NCBI GenBank assembly: GCA_021463485.1
Contig: JAJTYJ010000001.1
Coordinates: 139,932 to 203,931, forward strand
DNA from: a bacterium
GTDB lineage: Bacteria; Patescibacteriota; UBA1384; 2-12-FULL-50-11
Direction of reading: 5' to 3'
Length of the DNA stretch: 64,000 nt
A program made the position numbers and the translations under genes. The notes below the pieces were generated by a model. That model was not told where the DNA came from and searched no databases. It saw nothing but the letters and a program-made list of their open reading frames with translations. The first letter of the stretch is position 1. Every line of letters begins with the position of its first letter. Below, in pieces: positions 28,244-38,070 of the stretch.

Positions 28244-30568
28244 CTAGGTATCGATCGCCTGTGCAAGGAGAATTTTCTTTTCAACTGACGCGATTAGCTT
28301 GCGCGTAGAAACAGCGACGTCGGGCGCCACCGAAACGCTAGTAGTACCGGCCTTCACCATCGCCTCGGTAATTTCTGGGTAGACGCTTGGCGCCTGGCCG
28401 CAGATCGAACAAGTAACGTGACGCTTGCGACAGGTTCGGACGACATGAAGAATCGAGTTTAATACCGCCGGATATCGCTCATCGAACTCAGCCGCTAATT
28501 TCGCCGAATCTCTGTCGATGCCAAGCGTTAGTTGTGTTAAGTCGTTTGAGCCGATCGAGACGCCGTCGATGCCTTCTTTGATATACTCTTCGAGTTCAAG
28601 TACTGTTGACGGCACTTCCACCATGATCCAAAGCTTAAAGCCCGGCCCTTGGCGCAAGTTATTCTCATGCATCAGATCTCGGACCTTACGAAATTCTTCG
28701 ACAGTGCGAACAAATGGAATCATTACATGAAGGTTTTTAAGATCCATTCCGTCGCGTACTTGCTTGATCGCTTCGATCTCAAGTGCAAACTCGTCCGGCT
28801 CGGCGATGTAGCGTGACGCACCTCGATAACCAATCATCGGGTTATTCTCTGGCTGCTCAAATTTTTCGCCGCCCTTAAGCGACTTGTATTCGTTGGTCTT
28901 GAAATCAGTAAAACGATAGACGACCGGTCGCGGATGAAACGCTTGGGTGATAGTAGCGATACCTTGCGAGAGTTTCTGAACGTATTCCTTACTACGACCA
29001 GCTTCGATCATCGCTCGCGGATGTTCACCGATACCAGCGATAATAAACTCGGCTCGCAATAACCCGACGCCATCAACTGGTAATCCGGCGTACTCTTCGG
29101 CTTTTTCTGGCTCTGCTAGATTCAAATACACCTTTGTAGCCGTAACCGGTACTGTCATAAGTGCCTGTGAAGCAGTTAATTTAGTTGGAGCAGCTGCCGA
29201 CACCTCAGAAGAACCGACCTTACCTTTGTAAATTTTACCGGACTGTCCGTCGACTGTTACCACTTGACCGGTTTTAAGCGTTGCGGTGGCGGTACCGGTA
29301 CCAACAACACACGGAATGCCAAGCTCCCTGGAAACGATCGCGGCGTGAGAGGTTCTGCCACCAGTGTCGGTTACGATCGCCGAGGCGCGACGCATCGCCG
29401 GTACGTAGTCGGGAGAGGTCATCTCTGTCACCAATACGTCGCCCTGGAGTACTTTATCGATCTCGCTCGGTTTATGGATAACTTTGACCGGACCGCTCCG
29501 CAGCCCAACTGACGCCGCGGCGCCGCTCAACAAAACTTCAGCTTTACTTAAATCCGTTGCTGGCTCCGAACTACTCTCGGGTGTTATCTCGTTAGCTTTT
29601 TTCTCGCCAAGAGTAGTAACTGGTCGGGCCTGGACCATGAAAAAACTACCGTTCTCGAACGCCCACTCAGTATCTTGTGGCTTACCGTAATGCTTCTCAA
29701 CCTGAGCACCAATTTTCGCTAGCGCAATAATCTGCTCGTCTGACAGCTTCGGATTCTTTTTCTGTTCGTCCGTTAGATTCTTGTGAATATTCTTGCCGTC
29801 GGTATCTCGAACAAACATCCAGGCTTGCGGCTGAATCTCTTTACTGACGATCTCCATTTTTTCTTTATCGACGACGTAGTGGTCGGGGGTTACGGAACCA
29901 GAAACGATCGCTTCACCTAGACCGAGCCCTGCGTCGATAACGATCTTGCCGGTGTCCTCACTAACTGGGTCGACGGTAAACATTATCCCGGAAACCTCGC
30001 TCTGAACCATTTTCTGAACTGGCACAGCGATACCGACTTTCATATGATCGAATTTATTAACTGTCCGATAGTAGATCGCTCGTGCTCCAAATAGCGACGC
30101 CCAACACTCTCGGATAGCTTTAATAAGCTGCTTTTTCCCCTCAATATTCAAAAATGTTGCTTGCTGCCCAGCGAACGAAGCATCAGGTAGATCTTCGGCG
30201 GTTGCGCTCGAACGAACAGCAACCGGACCCTCGTGCATCTCTTCGTAGGCTTTTTCAATTTGCTGCTGCAGTGCCTTTGGTAACTCGTTCTCTTTGATGG
30301 CCTTTTGTAGCGCTTCGGCAATGACATTTAGTTTCTTTGAATCTTCAGGATCGAGATTTTTTGTCTCTTTCTCGATAAAACTATCAAGTTTATGATCTTT
30401 GATGAAAGCAAAATAAGCGTCCGCTGTCACAATAAATCCTTGTGGCACCGGTAGGCCAGCTCGGCTCATCTCGCCCAAATTTGCCCCCTTACCTCCAACT
30501 AACGGAATATCGGTGCGGCCGACTTCGCTAAACCACACCACTAATTTTTTCTTTTCCCCTCCAAGCAT
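28244..30568 (-). CDS. ppsA: Phosphoenolpyruvate synthase (pyruvate, water dikinase)
   Basis: N-terminal ATP-grasp domain, central phospho-His mobile domain GGRTSHAAIVSRELGIPCVVG, C-terminal PEP-utilising TIM barrel; 774 aa. Confidence 0.9.
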   Translation of the reverse strand: MLGGEKKKLVVWFSEVGRTDIPLVGGKGANLGEMSRAGLPVPQGFIVTADAYFAFIKDHKLDSFIEKETKNLDPEDSKKLNVIAEALQKAIKENELPKALQQQIEKAYEEMHEGPVAVRSSATAEDLPDASFAGQQATFLNIEGKKQLIKAIRECWASLFGARAIYYRTVNKFDHMKVGIAVPVQKMVQSEVSGIMFTVDPVSEDTGKIVIDAGLGLGEAIVSGSVTPDHYVVDKEKMEIVSKEIQPQAWMFVRDTDGKNIHKNLTDEQKKNPKLSDEQIIALAKIGAQVEKHYGKPQDTEWAFENGSFFMVQARPVTTLGEKKANEITPESSSEPATDLSKAEVLLSGAAASVGLRSGPVKVIHKPSEIDKVLQGDVLVTEMTSPDYVPAMRRASAIVTDTGGRTSHAAIVSRELGIPCVVGTGTATATLKTGQVVTVDGQSGKIYKGKVGSSEVSAAAPTKLTASQALMTVPVTATKVYLNLAEPEKAEEYAGLPVDGVGLLRAEFIIAGIGEHPRAMIEAGRSKEYVQKLSQGIATITQAFHPRPVVYRFTDFKTNEYKSLKGGEKFEQPENNPMIGYRGASRYIAEPDEFALEIEAIKQVRDGMDLKNLHVMIPFVRTVEEFRKVRDLMHENNLRQGPGFKLWIMVEVPSTVLELEEYIKEGIDGVSIGSNDLTQLTLGIDRDSAKLAAEFDERYPAVLNSILHVVRTCRKRHVTCSICGQAPSVYPEITEAMVKAGTTSVSVAPDVAVSTRKLIASVEKKILLAQAIDT

Positions 30569-30735
30569 TCTTCTATGATACCCAGCTACTCAGGTTTCGC
30601 CTAGGGTCGTGTGGGAATTTTTAGCGCGTTATTTCATTCATACGCCTTTGCCAGCCAACTGTGCAAGTCGACTCTGCTCGACTTGAACGACTCTACATCT
30701 CGGCGCAAAACAGTAATGCGGGAGGGGTACCTTAC

Positions 30736-31125
30736 ATGCAAAATTATTCAGATACGATCGGCCTATTTAGGCTACCAGACTCGCGAGCGAGTCGTGCGAT
30801 TACTGCTATGGTTGAGGAGATACAGCAGATGGGCGACCAGCCGTCACCGATCGTGTTTTTCGGCCGCCAGAAGCAGAACGGGATTTCGATCCCAACGATG
30901 TTGGTGGTCGATCTGTATAATCGAGCCACGTACGTTTCGTTAGACGGGTTTGCACCTGTCTGCTCACACCTCGCTCCAACTTGGGCGATCAAGCGAGCTA
31001 GACGGCTTAGCAAGATGCTACTTAGGCAGTATCTCGCCAAGAACGGTCGACGAAAGGTCTCGTGCGCGCCGCAACACCGGATCGAACCAGCCTTTCAATT
31101 TGCCTGCTCGCCCATACAGGCCTAG
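30736..31125 (+). CDS. Orphan hypothetical protein in a GC-rich island
   Basis: SD GGGAGGGG 9 nt upstream of ATG 30736; terminator downstream; ~58% GC; no homology recognised. Confidence 0.3.
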   Translation: MQNYSDTIGLFRLPDSRASRAITAMVEEIQQMGDQPSPIVFFGRQKQNGISIPTMLVVDLYNRATYVSLDGFAPVCSHLAPTWAIKRARRLSKMLLRQYLAKNGRRKVSCAPQHRIEPAFQFACSPIQA

Positions 31126-31139
31126 GACGGGCCAACTCA

Positions 31140-31170
31140 AATTGCCACACGGATGTGGCAATTTATTTTT
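31140..31170 (+). terminator. Rho-independent terminator (AATTGCCAC-acggat-GTGGCAATT followed by TATTTTT)
   Basis: 9-bp perfect stem plus T-run; the recX stop codon lies in the 3' arm. Confidence 0.55.
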
Positions 31171-31612
31171 CTATGGCTTGACGAATAGTTGCTCCGCTAA
31201 AGCCTCGTCGTTGGAGTAGTGAGACTGATCGCTCAAATCGTTGCCGATCTGTTAATTGTCGCCATTGCCGGGTCTTACTCTCCAGCAGGCTTCGGGCCGC
31301 CTCTAGTTCGACCTCTGAGTTAATATTTTTTGTTACTTCCTGAATCAGCTCTTTATCGATACCTTTTTGTAGCAGCTCAAGCGCGATACGATGTCGGCCT
31401 CGACGATATATCCGTACCTTATCCTCAGCGTAAATCTTCGAGAATATTACATCGTCAATTAAACGATTCTTTTCGAGTTGAGAAACTGTAGCCGCAATCT
31501 CCGACTCCGGATACTCTTTGGCTCGCAATTTCTCGACAATCTCGCGCTTAGAGCGCGCTTTGCGACCGAGTAAGTACAGCGCGTAGGCGGTAGCGCTACG
31601 CTTGGGCATCAA
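31163..31612 (-). CDS. recX: Recombination regulator RecX
   Basis: RecX three-repeat helical architecture ([23 protein letters not shown]...); it overlaps recA by 4 nt. Confidence 0.85.
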   Translation of the reverse strand: MMPKRSATAYALYLLGRKARSKREIVEKLRAKEYPESEIAATVSQLEKNRLIDDVIFSKIYAEDKVRIYRRGRHRIALELLQKGIDKELIQEVTKNINSEVELEAARSLLESKTRQWRQLTDRQRFERSVSLLQRRGFSGATIRQAIEK

Positions 31613-32655
31613 ACCTCTTCCACTGAGATAGTAGTGAGCGGCCCTTCGGCGGCGCTGCGGATTTTAGCTTCGAGCTCGTTCATTAGCTTTGCGTCAGCAC
31701 GGAGAAAAGCTTTGGCAGCCTCCCGTCCCTGCCCAAGCTTCTGTTCTCCGTACTGAAACCATGACCCAGCTTTTTCGATCAAGCCTGACTTTACACCTAA
31801 CTCTAATAGGTCACCTTCTTTAGATATACCGGAATCAAACATTAAATCAAACTCAGCCGTTCGAAACGGCGGCGCAACTTTATTCTTAACTACTTTTACT
31901 CGAACTCTATTCCCGATCGGATTTTCACCGTCTTTAATTTGCTCGCTCCGACGGATATCCAATCTTACCGAGGCGTAAAATTTAAGCGCATTACCGCCCG
32001 AGGTCGTCTCTGGGTTACCGAACATAACGCCGATTTTCATACGAATTTGATTAATGAAGATTAAACAAGTTTTCGACTTAGAAACTGCGCCAGTCAGCTT
32101 GCGTAACGCCTGGCTCATTAAGCGGGCTTGAACGCCGACCATCGCGTCGCCCATCTCGCCCTCGATCTCTGCTCTTGGTACTAACGCCGCTACCGAGTCG
32201 ACAACGATAACGTCAACAGCATTCGAACGAACTAACGTTTCAACAATTTCCAGTGCCTGCTCGCCAGTGTCTGGCTGTGAAATTAATAGCGAATCGAGAT
32301 CAACGCCAAGTTTGGCGGCGTAACTTGGATCGAACGCGTGCTCAGCATCAACCAACGCACCGAGCCCGCCGCCCTTTTGAACCGAGGCGATCGCCGAGAG
32401 CGCTAACGACGTTTTCCCAGAGGATTCAGGGCCGTATATTTCAACAATTCGACCTCGAGGGAAGCCACCCGCACCGAGCGCGATATCAAGCGAAAGCGAA
32501 CCGGTCGAGATCGTCTCGACTTTCAAGTGGCTTTGTTGCCCGAGACGCATAATTGAACCTGCGCCAAATTGTTTCTCAATCTGAGAGAGCGCGGCCTTTA
32601 AGGCCTCTTCGCGTCCAGAATTCTTTTCGGGAGCCGGAGTTTTTTCTTTTGCCAT
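31609..32655 (-). CDS. recA: Recombinase RecA
   Basis: Walker [14 protein letters not shown]1/L2 loops, ...[37 protein letters not shown]. Confidence 0.97.
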   Translation of the reverse strand: MAKEKTPAPEKNSGREEALKAALSQIEKQFGAGSIMRLGQQSHLKVETISTGSLSLDIALGAGGFPRGRIVEIYGPESSGKTSLALSAIASVQKGGGLGALVDAEHAFDPSYAAKLGVDLDSLLISQPDTGEQALEIVETLVRSNAVDVIVVDSVAALVPRAEIEGEMGDAMVGVQARLMSQALRKLTGAVSKSKTCLIFINQIRMKIGVMFGNPETTSGGNALKFYASVRLDIRRSEQIKDGENPIGNRVRVKVVKNKVAPPFRTAEFDLMFDSGISKEGDLLELGVKSGLIEKAGSWFQYGEQKLGQGREAAKAFLRADAKLMNELEAKIRSAAEGPLTTISVEEV

Positions 32656-32699
32656 CTCTCCCTTTCTACTGCCTCACGGCTAGTTTTGCAAGCGACTGG

Positions 32700-33428
32700 T
32701 TACGGAGTAATTTGTGGCGCTGTAGTACCTAAATCTACTTTGGCAACGTCTTGTTTATAGAGAACCTTAACTGTTGTGCGCGACTCTTTCTGAGCGCGAT
32801 TGCGCGCCATTACAACAATTTGATTTAACCCAGGAGAGAGCTGAACTTCTTGAGAGAAGTCGCCCGCAGAGCCGACCGAAATCGGTTCGGTGTTCATCGA
32901 TACGATCACGCCTTCGTCCGTTCGACCGTTAATCGTAACGGTGTCCCGATTGCTCGTGAATTCGTTTGGCACATTCATAACCAACTGCGGCGGCTCGGCA
33001 AATTTACGAACTTGAAGATAGATATAACTAGCGATACCACCAAATAACAAAACCATTCCTACCACCGCAATAAGCTTGGGGGTAATTAAAAAATTCCAGT
33101 CGCCGAGCGTACGCGGACGCAGCTGAACGGTATCGTTACAATCGGTAAATCGGTGCTTCGAGCGCTCTTCTCGATACTGGGCAACGATTTTTTCGGGGTC
33201 GAGTTTCAAAGTCTCGGCGTACCGACGGACAAACCCAATATTGTAAGCCTCAGCTGGTAGTAAATGATATGCGCCCTGTTCGAGCGCCTGTAGATGCTTA
33301 GCTGGGATGTGGGTCTGCTGCTCGACCGCTTCGAGGGTGAGGTCGGCTTTTGTACGCGCGGATTTTAGTATAGAACAAAGCGATCGCGCTCTGCTTTTTG
33401 AGATTTTTTTCGTGACAAATCCAGTCAT
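32700..33428 (-). CDS. HTH (XRE-type) domain membrane protein, RodZ-like
   Basis: N-terminal HTH (LKSARTKADLTLEAVEQQTHIPAKHLQALEQG), one TM, extracytoplasmic C-terminal domain; ATG 33428 is preferred to the upstream GTG. Confidence 0.6.
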   Translation of the reverse strand: MTGFVTKKISKSRARSLCSILKSARTKADLTLEAVEQQTHIPAKHLQALEQGAYHLLPAEAYNIGFVRRYAETLKLDPEKIVAQYREERSKHRFTDCNDTVQLRPRTLGDWNFLITPKLIAVVGMVLLFGGIASYIYLQVRKFAEPPQLVMNVPNEFTSNRDTVTINGRTDEGVIVSMNTEPISVGSAGDFSQEVQLSPGLNQIVVMARNRAQKESRTTVKVLYKQDVAKVDLGTTAPQITP

Positions 33429-33526
33429 GCCCTGTAATTTCCACCGTACGCCAAACGGCACGTACGGTCAATTCGAGTATATACTACGACTTCAAGCAAT
33501 ACTTACTTATTGTTCGTTTATTTGCT

Positions 33527-33587
33527 CTATGGCCCCAAATAATACTCACTACTATTCACTTACTTTTGGCCTACGGCCCCAAGTAAT
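33527..33587 (-). repeat. Two copies of a 17-mer (15/17 identical) spaced 44 nt apart: ATTACTTGGGGCCGTAG at the ftsK stop and ATTATTTGGGGCCATAG downstream
   Basis: Read directly; copy A encodes the ftsK C-terminus ...YLGP*, copy B could also encode YLGP*. Confidence 0.4.
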
Positions 33588-35610
33588 CGTCAGGCTGGAT
33601 CAGGACGTCTCGTGGTTTTGCACCATCAGCTGGGCCGATAATACCCTCAGCTTCGAGAAGATCAAGCAATCGCGCGGCTCGCGCGTAACCGACTTTCAGT
33701 CTTCGCTGCAAGAGCGAGGCCGAGGCCTTACCTGCTTGGATTACCAGCTCGCGAGCTTCGTTAAATAGTTCGTCGTCGTCACCGCTACCGGCTACACCGG
33801 CGTGACCGTCTTTAATTCCGCCTCGATACGACTGGATCGAGTCGTCGTACGCTGGCGGCGCTTGTTTCTTCACAAACTCAGTCACAGCACGTATATCTTT
33901 GTCTTTTAAGAATACCCCTTGAACGCGTCTCGGCTGCGGTTGGTCGGAGCTAAGAAAGAGCATATCACCCTTACCGAGTAACTTCTCAGCGCCACCCTGA
34001 TCAAGAATTGTACGAGAGTCGGCCATACTTGGCACGGCAAAAGCGATACGAGCTGGGATGTTGGCTTTGATTAGACCGGTAATTACATCAACTGACGGTC
34101 GTTGTGTTGCGACGATTAAATGCATACCGACCGCACGTGCCATTTGCGCAATCCGGACGATCGACGACTCAACTTCATTGGCGGCTTGAGTCATAAGGTC
34201 GGCTAATTCGTCGATAACAACAACAATATACGGAAGCTTGTCGAGTCCTTCCGGTGGATTATCGTTAAACGCATCGATATTCCGACGGTTGTTCGACGCC
34301 AGAACTTGGTAACGACGTTCCATTTCTGCAACTGCCCAGCGAAGTGATGAGATTGTTTTATCTGTCTCGGTTACCACGTTAGTTAATAGATGGGCGATCC
34401 CATTGTACTCAACAAACTCTACTCGCTTCGGATCGATAAGAAGTAGTCGTAGATCGTTCGGTGAGTTCTTGTACAAAAGATTCACTAAAATTGCGTTCAT
34501 GCAAACAGACTTTCCGGAACCGGTCGCACCAGCGATTAACAAATGTGGCATTTTCTTTAAATCTGCTGCCATCACCTTGCCAGCTACGTCACGCCCTAAA
34601 CCAAGTGAGAGATTGGATTCTATATCTTTGTAGTCCGGAGCTTCTAAAACTTCCCGCAAACTAACTGTGGCAGAGACTTTATTTGGTACTTCGATACCGA
34701 CTAACGACTTACCGGGGATCGGCGCCTCGATTCGTATCGGGTGAGCTGCTAGAGCCAGGGCGATATCGTTGGAACGTGCGGTTATTGTGTTTAGCTTAAC
34801 GCCCTCTGATGGCTTTAATGTGTACTGCGTTAACGTTGGGCCGACATTGACCTCACTCATCGCTACTTCAATACCGAAGTCCTTAAGCGCTTTTTTGATC
34901 GTCTCGACGTTCTTACCAATATCGCCCGCCTCAGCACGAGTCGAGCTGCTGTATTCGATTAGGTCGAGCTGCGGGAACTGCCAGTCACCGGACGCCGAGA
35001 CCAGTGAAACTGGGTTGACGCCGCCCTTCTCTTGTTTCATGGTTCGAATCGGTACGCGCGGCGTATCGTTGATTTTAACTCCTGCTTCACGCTCGCCGAG
35101 TCTTAAATGACTTAGCAGCTCTCGGACCGAGGCGTTAAACGCAAGGAGCAACGCAATAACAACTGTGCCTAATATCGCTAAATAGCCGGCGACGGTTCCA
35201 AGTACCGAGGTATACACATTAGCAACGCCGCCACCGATTGAGCCGCCTTGAGCGCCGAACATCGCCGGCACAACAAAAAAGAGCAAAAGCACACCGATCA
35301 TACTACTTGCCCTAATGAACTCGCTCTTTAGAAAAAGAAGCTTAACGCCGCTGTAGATAAAAACAAACGGCACAACGTACGCCAGTAGCCCAAATAGCGT
35401 TGTTGATAATTTAAGAAATGTCTCGCCGAACGACCCAGCTAACCGGAAAAGTCCGAGAGCAAACAATAACCCAAAAATAAGCAGGAGAAACGCGAAAATC
35501 TCCCTGGCGGTGTCTGGCTCAACTGCCCAAACCAGATTATCCCAGAATGTTTCTACTCGTCTTCGACGGCGAGAGCCGTAACGTCGACGGCGCTTTCCAA
35601 AGAGTCCCAT
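33571..35610 (-). CDS. ftsK: DNA translocase FtsK/SpoIIIE
   Basis: N-terminal TM domain, motor domain with Walker A GATGSGKS and Walker B VVVIDELADL, C-terminal gamma winged-helix domain. Confidence 0.95.
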   Translation of the reverse strand: MGLFGKRRRRYGSRRRRRVETFWDNLVWAVEPDTAREIFAFLLLIFGLLFALGLFRLAGSFGETFLKLSTTLFGLLAYVVPFVFIYSGVKLLFLKSEFIRASSMIGVLLLFFVVPAMFGAQGGSIGGGVANVYTSVLGTVAGYLAILGTVVIALLLAFNASVRELLSHLRLGEREAGVKINDTPRVPIRTMKQEKGGVNPVSLVSASGDWQFPQLDLIEYSSSTRAEAGDIGKNVETIKKALKDFGIEVAMSEVNVGPTLTQYTLKPSEGVKLNTITARSNDIALALAAHPIRIEAPIPGKSLVGIEVPNKVSATVSLREVLEAPDYKDIESNLSLGLGRDVAGKVMAADLKKMPHLLIAGATGSGKSVCMNAILVNLLYKNSPNDLRLLLIDPKRVEFVEYNGIAHLLTNVVTETDKTISSLRWAVAEMERRYQVLASNNRRNIDAFNDNPPEGLDKLPYIVVVIDELADLMTQAANEVESSIVRIAQMARAVGMHLIVATQRPSVDVITGLIKANIPARIAFAVPSMADSRTILDQGGAEKLLGKGDMLFLSSDQPQPRRVQGVFLKDKDIRAVTEFVKKQAPPAYDDSIQSYRGGIKDGHAGVAGSGDDDELFNEARELVIQAGKASASLLQRRLKVGYARAARLLDLLEAEGIIGPADGAKPRDVLIQPDDYLGP

Positions 35611-35695
35611 GTGTTTACTCTAGCAATTAGGGGGTTATCTTGAAAGCAGCTTGCGAATAATTATTTGCCGTCTACAATCGGCCTGTGAGGTCCAT

Positions 35696-35893
35696 ATGCA
35701 CATTCAGTTCAGAAAAAGTCGTAACCACCCCAGCGACTGGGAGGCGTTCTTTGTCGGTAGCGAAGAGATCTACTCGACGGGCAAAACGATCCCCGAAGCG
35801 ATCGGGTCGCTAATGCAAGAGCACGGCGAACACTTTGGTGTGGTGGTAGAGGACGTTACGCCCTCCGATCAACTCGTTCCGTTCCCCGGCTAA
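35696..35893 (+). CDS. Possible small protein (65 aa), HicB/UPF0150-like fold? (tentative)
   Basis: ATG 35696; the segment WEAFFVGSEEIYSTGKTIPEAIGSLMQEHGEH loosely resembles the HicB antitoxin N-domain pattern; no adjacent HicA; weak. Confidence 0.3.
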   Translation: MHIQFRKSRNHPSDWEAFFVGSEEIYSTGKTIPEAIGSLMQEHGEHFGVVVEDVTPSDQLVPFPG

Positions 35894-35903
35894 GCCGGGA
35901 TTT

Positions 35904-37970
35904 TTATACTTGGATCACCGCGCTGATTACCATTGGAGTGCGTTGCGTTTTCTGAAAGAGAAAATCGCTCATATCGTCGCGAAGAGCCTTCTTGAAGGCG
36001 TCCCATTTAATCGGGCGCTTGGCGGTAAACTGACCGTGAAGTTTTCGCGAGAGCGCTCGGGCGCCACCGATCAGTTCTTCAGACTCTTTCATATAGACGA
36101 ACCCTCGAGAGATAACGTCAGGCGAGCTCACGAGGCGACCGGTTTTACGATCAACCGTCAGGATTATAAGAAAGACGCCGTCTTTAGCCATCGTTTGGCG
36201 GTCTCGCAAGACGATCTCACCGACATCGCCAACACCCGAGCCGTCGATAAGCACTTGACCAACCGGTACGCGCTCGTCAGAGATGCGACCGCCCTTCTCA
36301 TCGAACTCTGCGACGCTACCGTTCTCGAGAATAAGACAGTCTTCGTACTTCATTCCAGCGCTAGTAGCTAATTTCGCGTGCTCAACAAATCGCCGATAAT
36401 CACCGTGGATCGGGATGAGATACTTTGGCTTAATCAGCGAGATCAACAATTTCATTTCCTCGCGATTAGCATGTCCCGACGAGTGAATGTCCAATTCCTT
36501 ATTAGTGATTACTTCGGCACCGAGACGGTAAAGGTTATTAATTGTCTGATCGATACCGCGCTCGTTACCTGGAATCGGTTTGGCTGAAACCACAACCGTA
36601 TCACCGGATTTAATCTTAATATGACGATGTTCGCCGTTAGACATACGAACAAGCGCTGAATACTCCTCGCCTTGCGAACCGGTACACATGACAACAACTT
36701 TATCGTCGGGCGCGCTATTGATCGTTCGAATGTCGCTGATAACGCCCTTTGGCGCCTTGAGGTAGCCGAGCTCCATAGCGATGTTGGCGTTACGCTCCAT
36801 CGAGCGACCAGCTAGCGCCAAGCGGCGGCCGGTATTAGCACAAGCTGTAACGACGTGCTGAATTCGATCGATTCGACTAGAGAACGAGGAGACAATAATT
36901 CGCCCCTTAGCATTTAGGAAGATCTCTTCGAGAGTTCGGCTAACAACTTGTTCGCTCATCGTATAACCAGGCTCAAGAACGTTAGTTGAGTCAGAGAGAA
37001 GTACGGTAACACCGCGCTCCGCTAGCTCAGCCAACTTGGCAAAATCGGTTGACTCGCCGAATGCTGGCGTAAAATCAAATTTCCAGTCGGTGGCGTGATA
37101 GACCAGCCCCGCCGGGCAAGTAATAGCTAGACCAAGAATATCAGGGATTGAGTGCGTCATACGAACTGGTTCGATCATGAACGCACCGATCTGAACTTTA
37201 TCGCCTGGCTGGATAATACGAAATTCGTAACCCTGGATACCGTGTTCTTCAAACTTAGCTTTAATCAGCCCCGCTGTTAGCGGAGCGGTGTAAATCGGAA
37301 CCTGGAATTTTGGCCAGATGAACGGAAATCCACCGATATGATCTTCGTGACCATGGGTAACAACAAACGCCCGGATTCGTTCTTTATTCTCCTCGAGATA
37401 CGTTGTATCGCAAATGACGTAATCGATTCCCGGCATCGAAGCATCAGGGAATTGAATACCGGCGTCGACAATAATAATGTCGTTGTCGTATTCGAATACC
37501 AGCATGTTTTTTTCGCCGATCTCTTTCGAGCCGCCGAGCGGGATAATCCTTAAGTTTTTACTCGGAGCGCGTCGGATGACTGTCGGCCGCGGGTCTTCCT
37601 CTTTGGCTCTCGGGGGACTATAGCGAGGTCGGCGTGGTAGACGATTTTTTTTAGGACGCGGTCTATCTTCTACTGGGTTCGCTACCGTCTGAGGCTCTGG
37701 GGTGCCAGACGTGTTTTCCTGATAACCGCGATTACGACTACGGTTCCGATTTCTTCGGGGACGGCCGAACGGTTTCTGGTTACTCTGTGGGTTACTGTTT
37801 GGTTTTAGTACTGAACCAGCGTCTGATATATCGACGGCTTCGCCTCTGAAAGCTTCCGCTCTACCATTTGGCAAAGAGTCGCTAGCGATTATATCTTTCC
37901 GAGCTGGAAGGTTGTTCTGATTAGGAGTTGGCGCAGTGTCGGGCGAGTTGCCCGTTGAATTTTCTGTCAA
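35904..37970 (-). CDS. rnj: Ribonuclease J with a ~135-aa Arg/Pro/Asn-rich low-complexity N-terminal extension; apparent TTG start
   Basis: Metallo-beta-lactamase HxHxDH (VTHGHEDHIGG), beta-CASP and C-terminal domains; the canonical N-terminus ...KNLRIIPLGG is at residue ~136 with no ATG; SD AAAGGA before TTG 37970. Confidence 0.85.
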   Translation of the reverse strand: MTENSTGNSPDTAPTPNQNNLPARKDIIASDSLPNGRAEAFRGEAVDISDAGSVLKPNSNPQSNQKPFGRPRRNRNRSRNRGYQENTSGTPEPQTVANPVEDRPRPKKNRLPRRPRYSPPRAKEEDPRPTVIRRAPSKNLRIIPLGGSKEIGEKNMLVFEYDNDIIIVDAGIQFPDASMPGIDYVICDTTYLEENKERIRAFVVTHGHEDHIGGFPFIWPKFQVPIYTAPLTAGLIKAKFEEHGIQGYEFRIIQPGDKVQIGAFMIEPVRMTHSIPDILGLAITCPAGLVYHATDWKFDFTPAFGESTDFAKLAELAERGVTVLLSDSTNVLEPGYTMSEQVVSRTLEEIFLNAKGRIIVSSFSSRIDRIQHVVTACANTGRRLALAGRSMERNANIAMELGYLKAPKGVISDIRTINSAPDDKVVVMCTGSQGEEYSALVRMSNGEHRHIKIKSGDTVVVSAKPIPGNERGIDQTINNLYRLGAEVITNKELDIHSSGHANREEMKLLISLIKPKYLIPIHGDYRRFVEHAKLATSAGMKYEDCLILENGSVAEFDEKGGRISDERVPVGQVLIDGSGVGDVGEIVLRDRQTMAKDGVFLIILTVDRKTGRLVSSPDVISRGFVYMKESEELIGGARALSRKLHGQFTAKRPIKWDAFKKALRDDMSDFLFQKTQRTPMVISAVIQV

Positions 37971-38070
37971 AGTAAATCCTTTCTATTTTTATGAATTCTG
38001 TTGTTCGGCTGCCTTAGGGGAGTTCGGCAATCGAAGATTTATATACAAATAGTATACCGGACTCTGGTAA

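Noticed and set aside
29264-29690. Plus-strand ORFs inside ppsA
   Set aside because: Antisense shadow ORFs inside a conserved gene.
31055-31115. tRNA-like T-arm motif (GGTTCGATCC) on the minus strand
   Set aside because: I could not fold an acceptor stem or anticodon arm. It is mentioned only as a possible decayed fragment in a finding.
33441-33470. Inverted repeat CCGTACG-N10-CGTACGG (two copies of palindromic CGTACG) at the 5' end of the rodZ-like gene
   Set aside because: It is short and could be a chance palindrome or a minor leader hairpin. There is no supporting evidence for an operator.
34403-35110. Plus-strand ORFs (76-113 aa) inside ftsK
   Set aside because: They are entirely antisense to a high-confidence conserved gene and have no SD or homology, so they are shadow ORFs.
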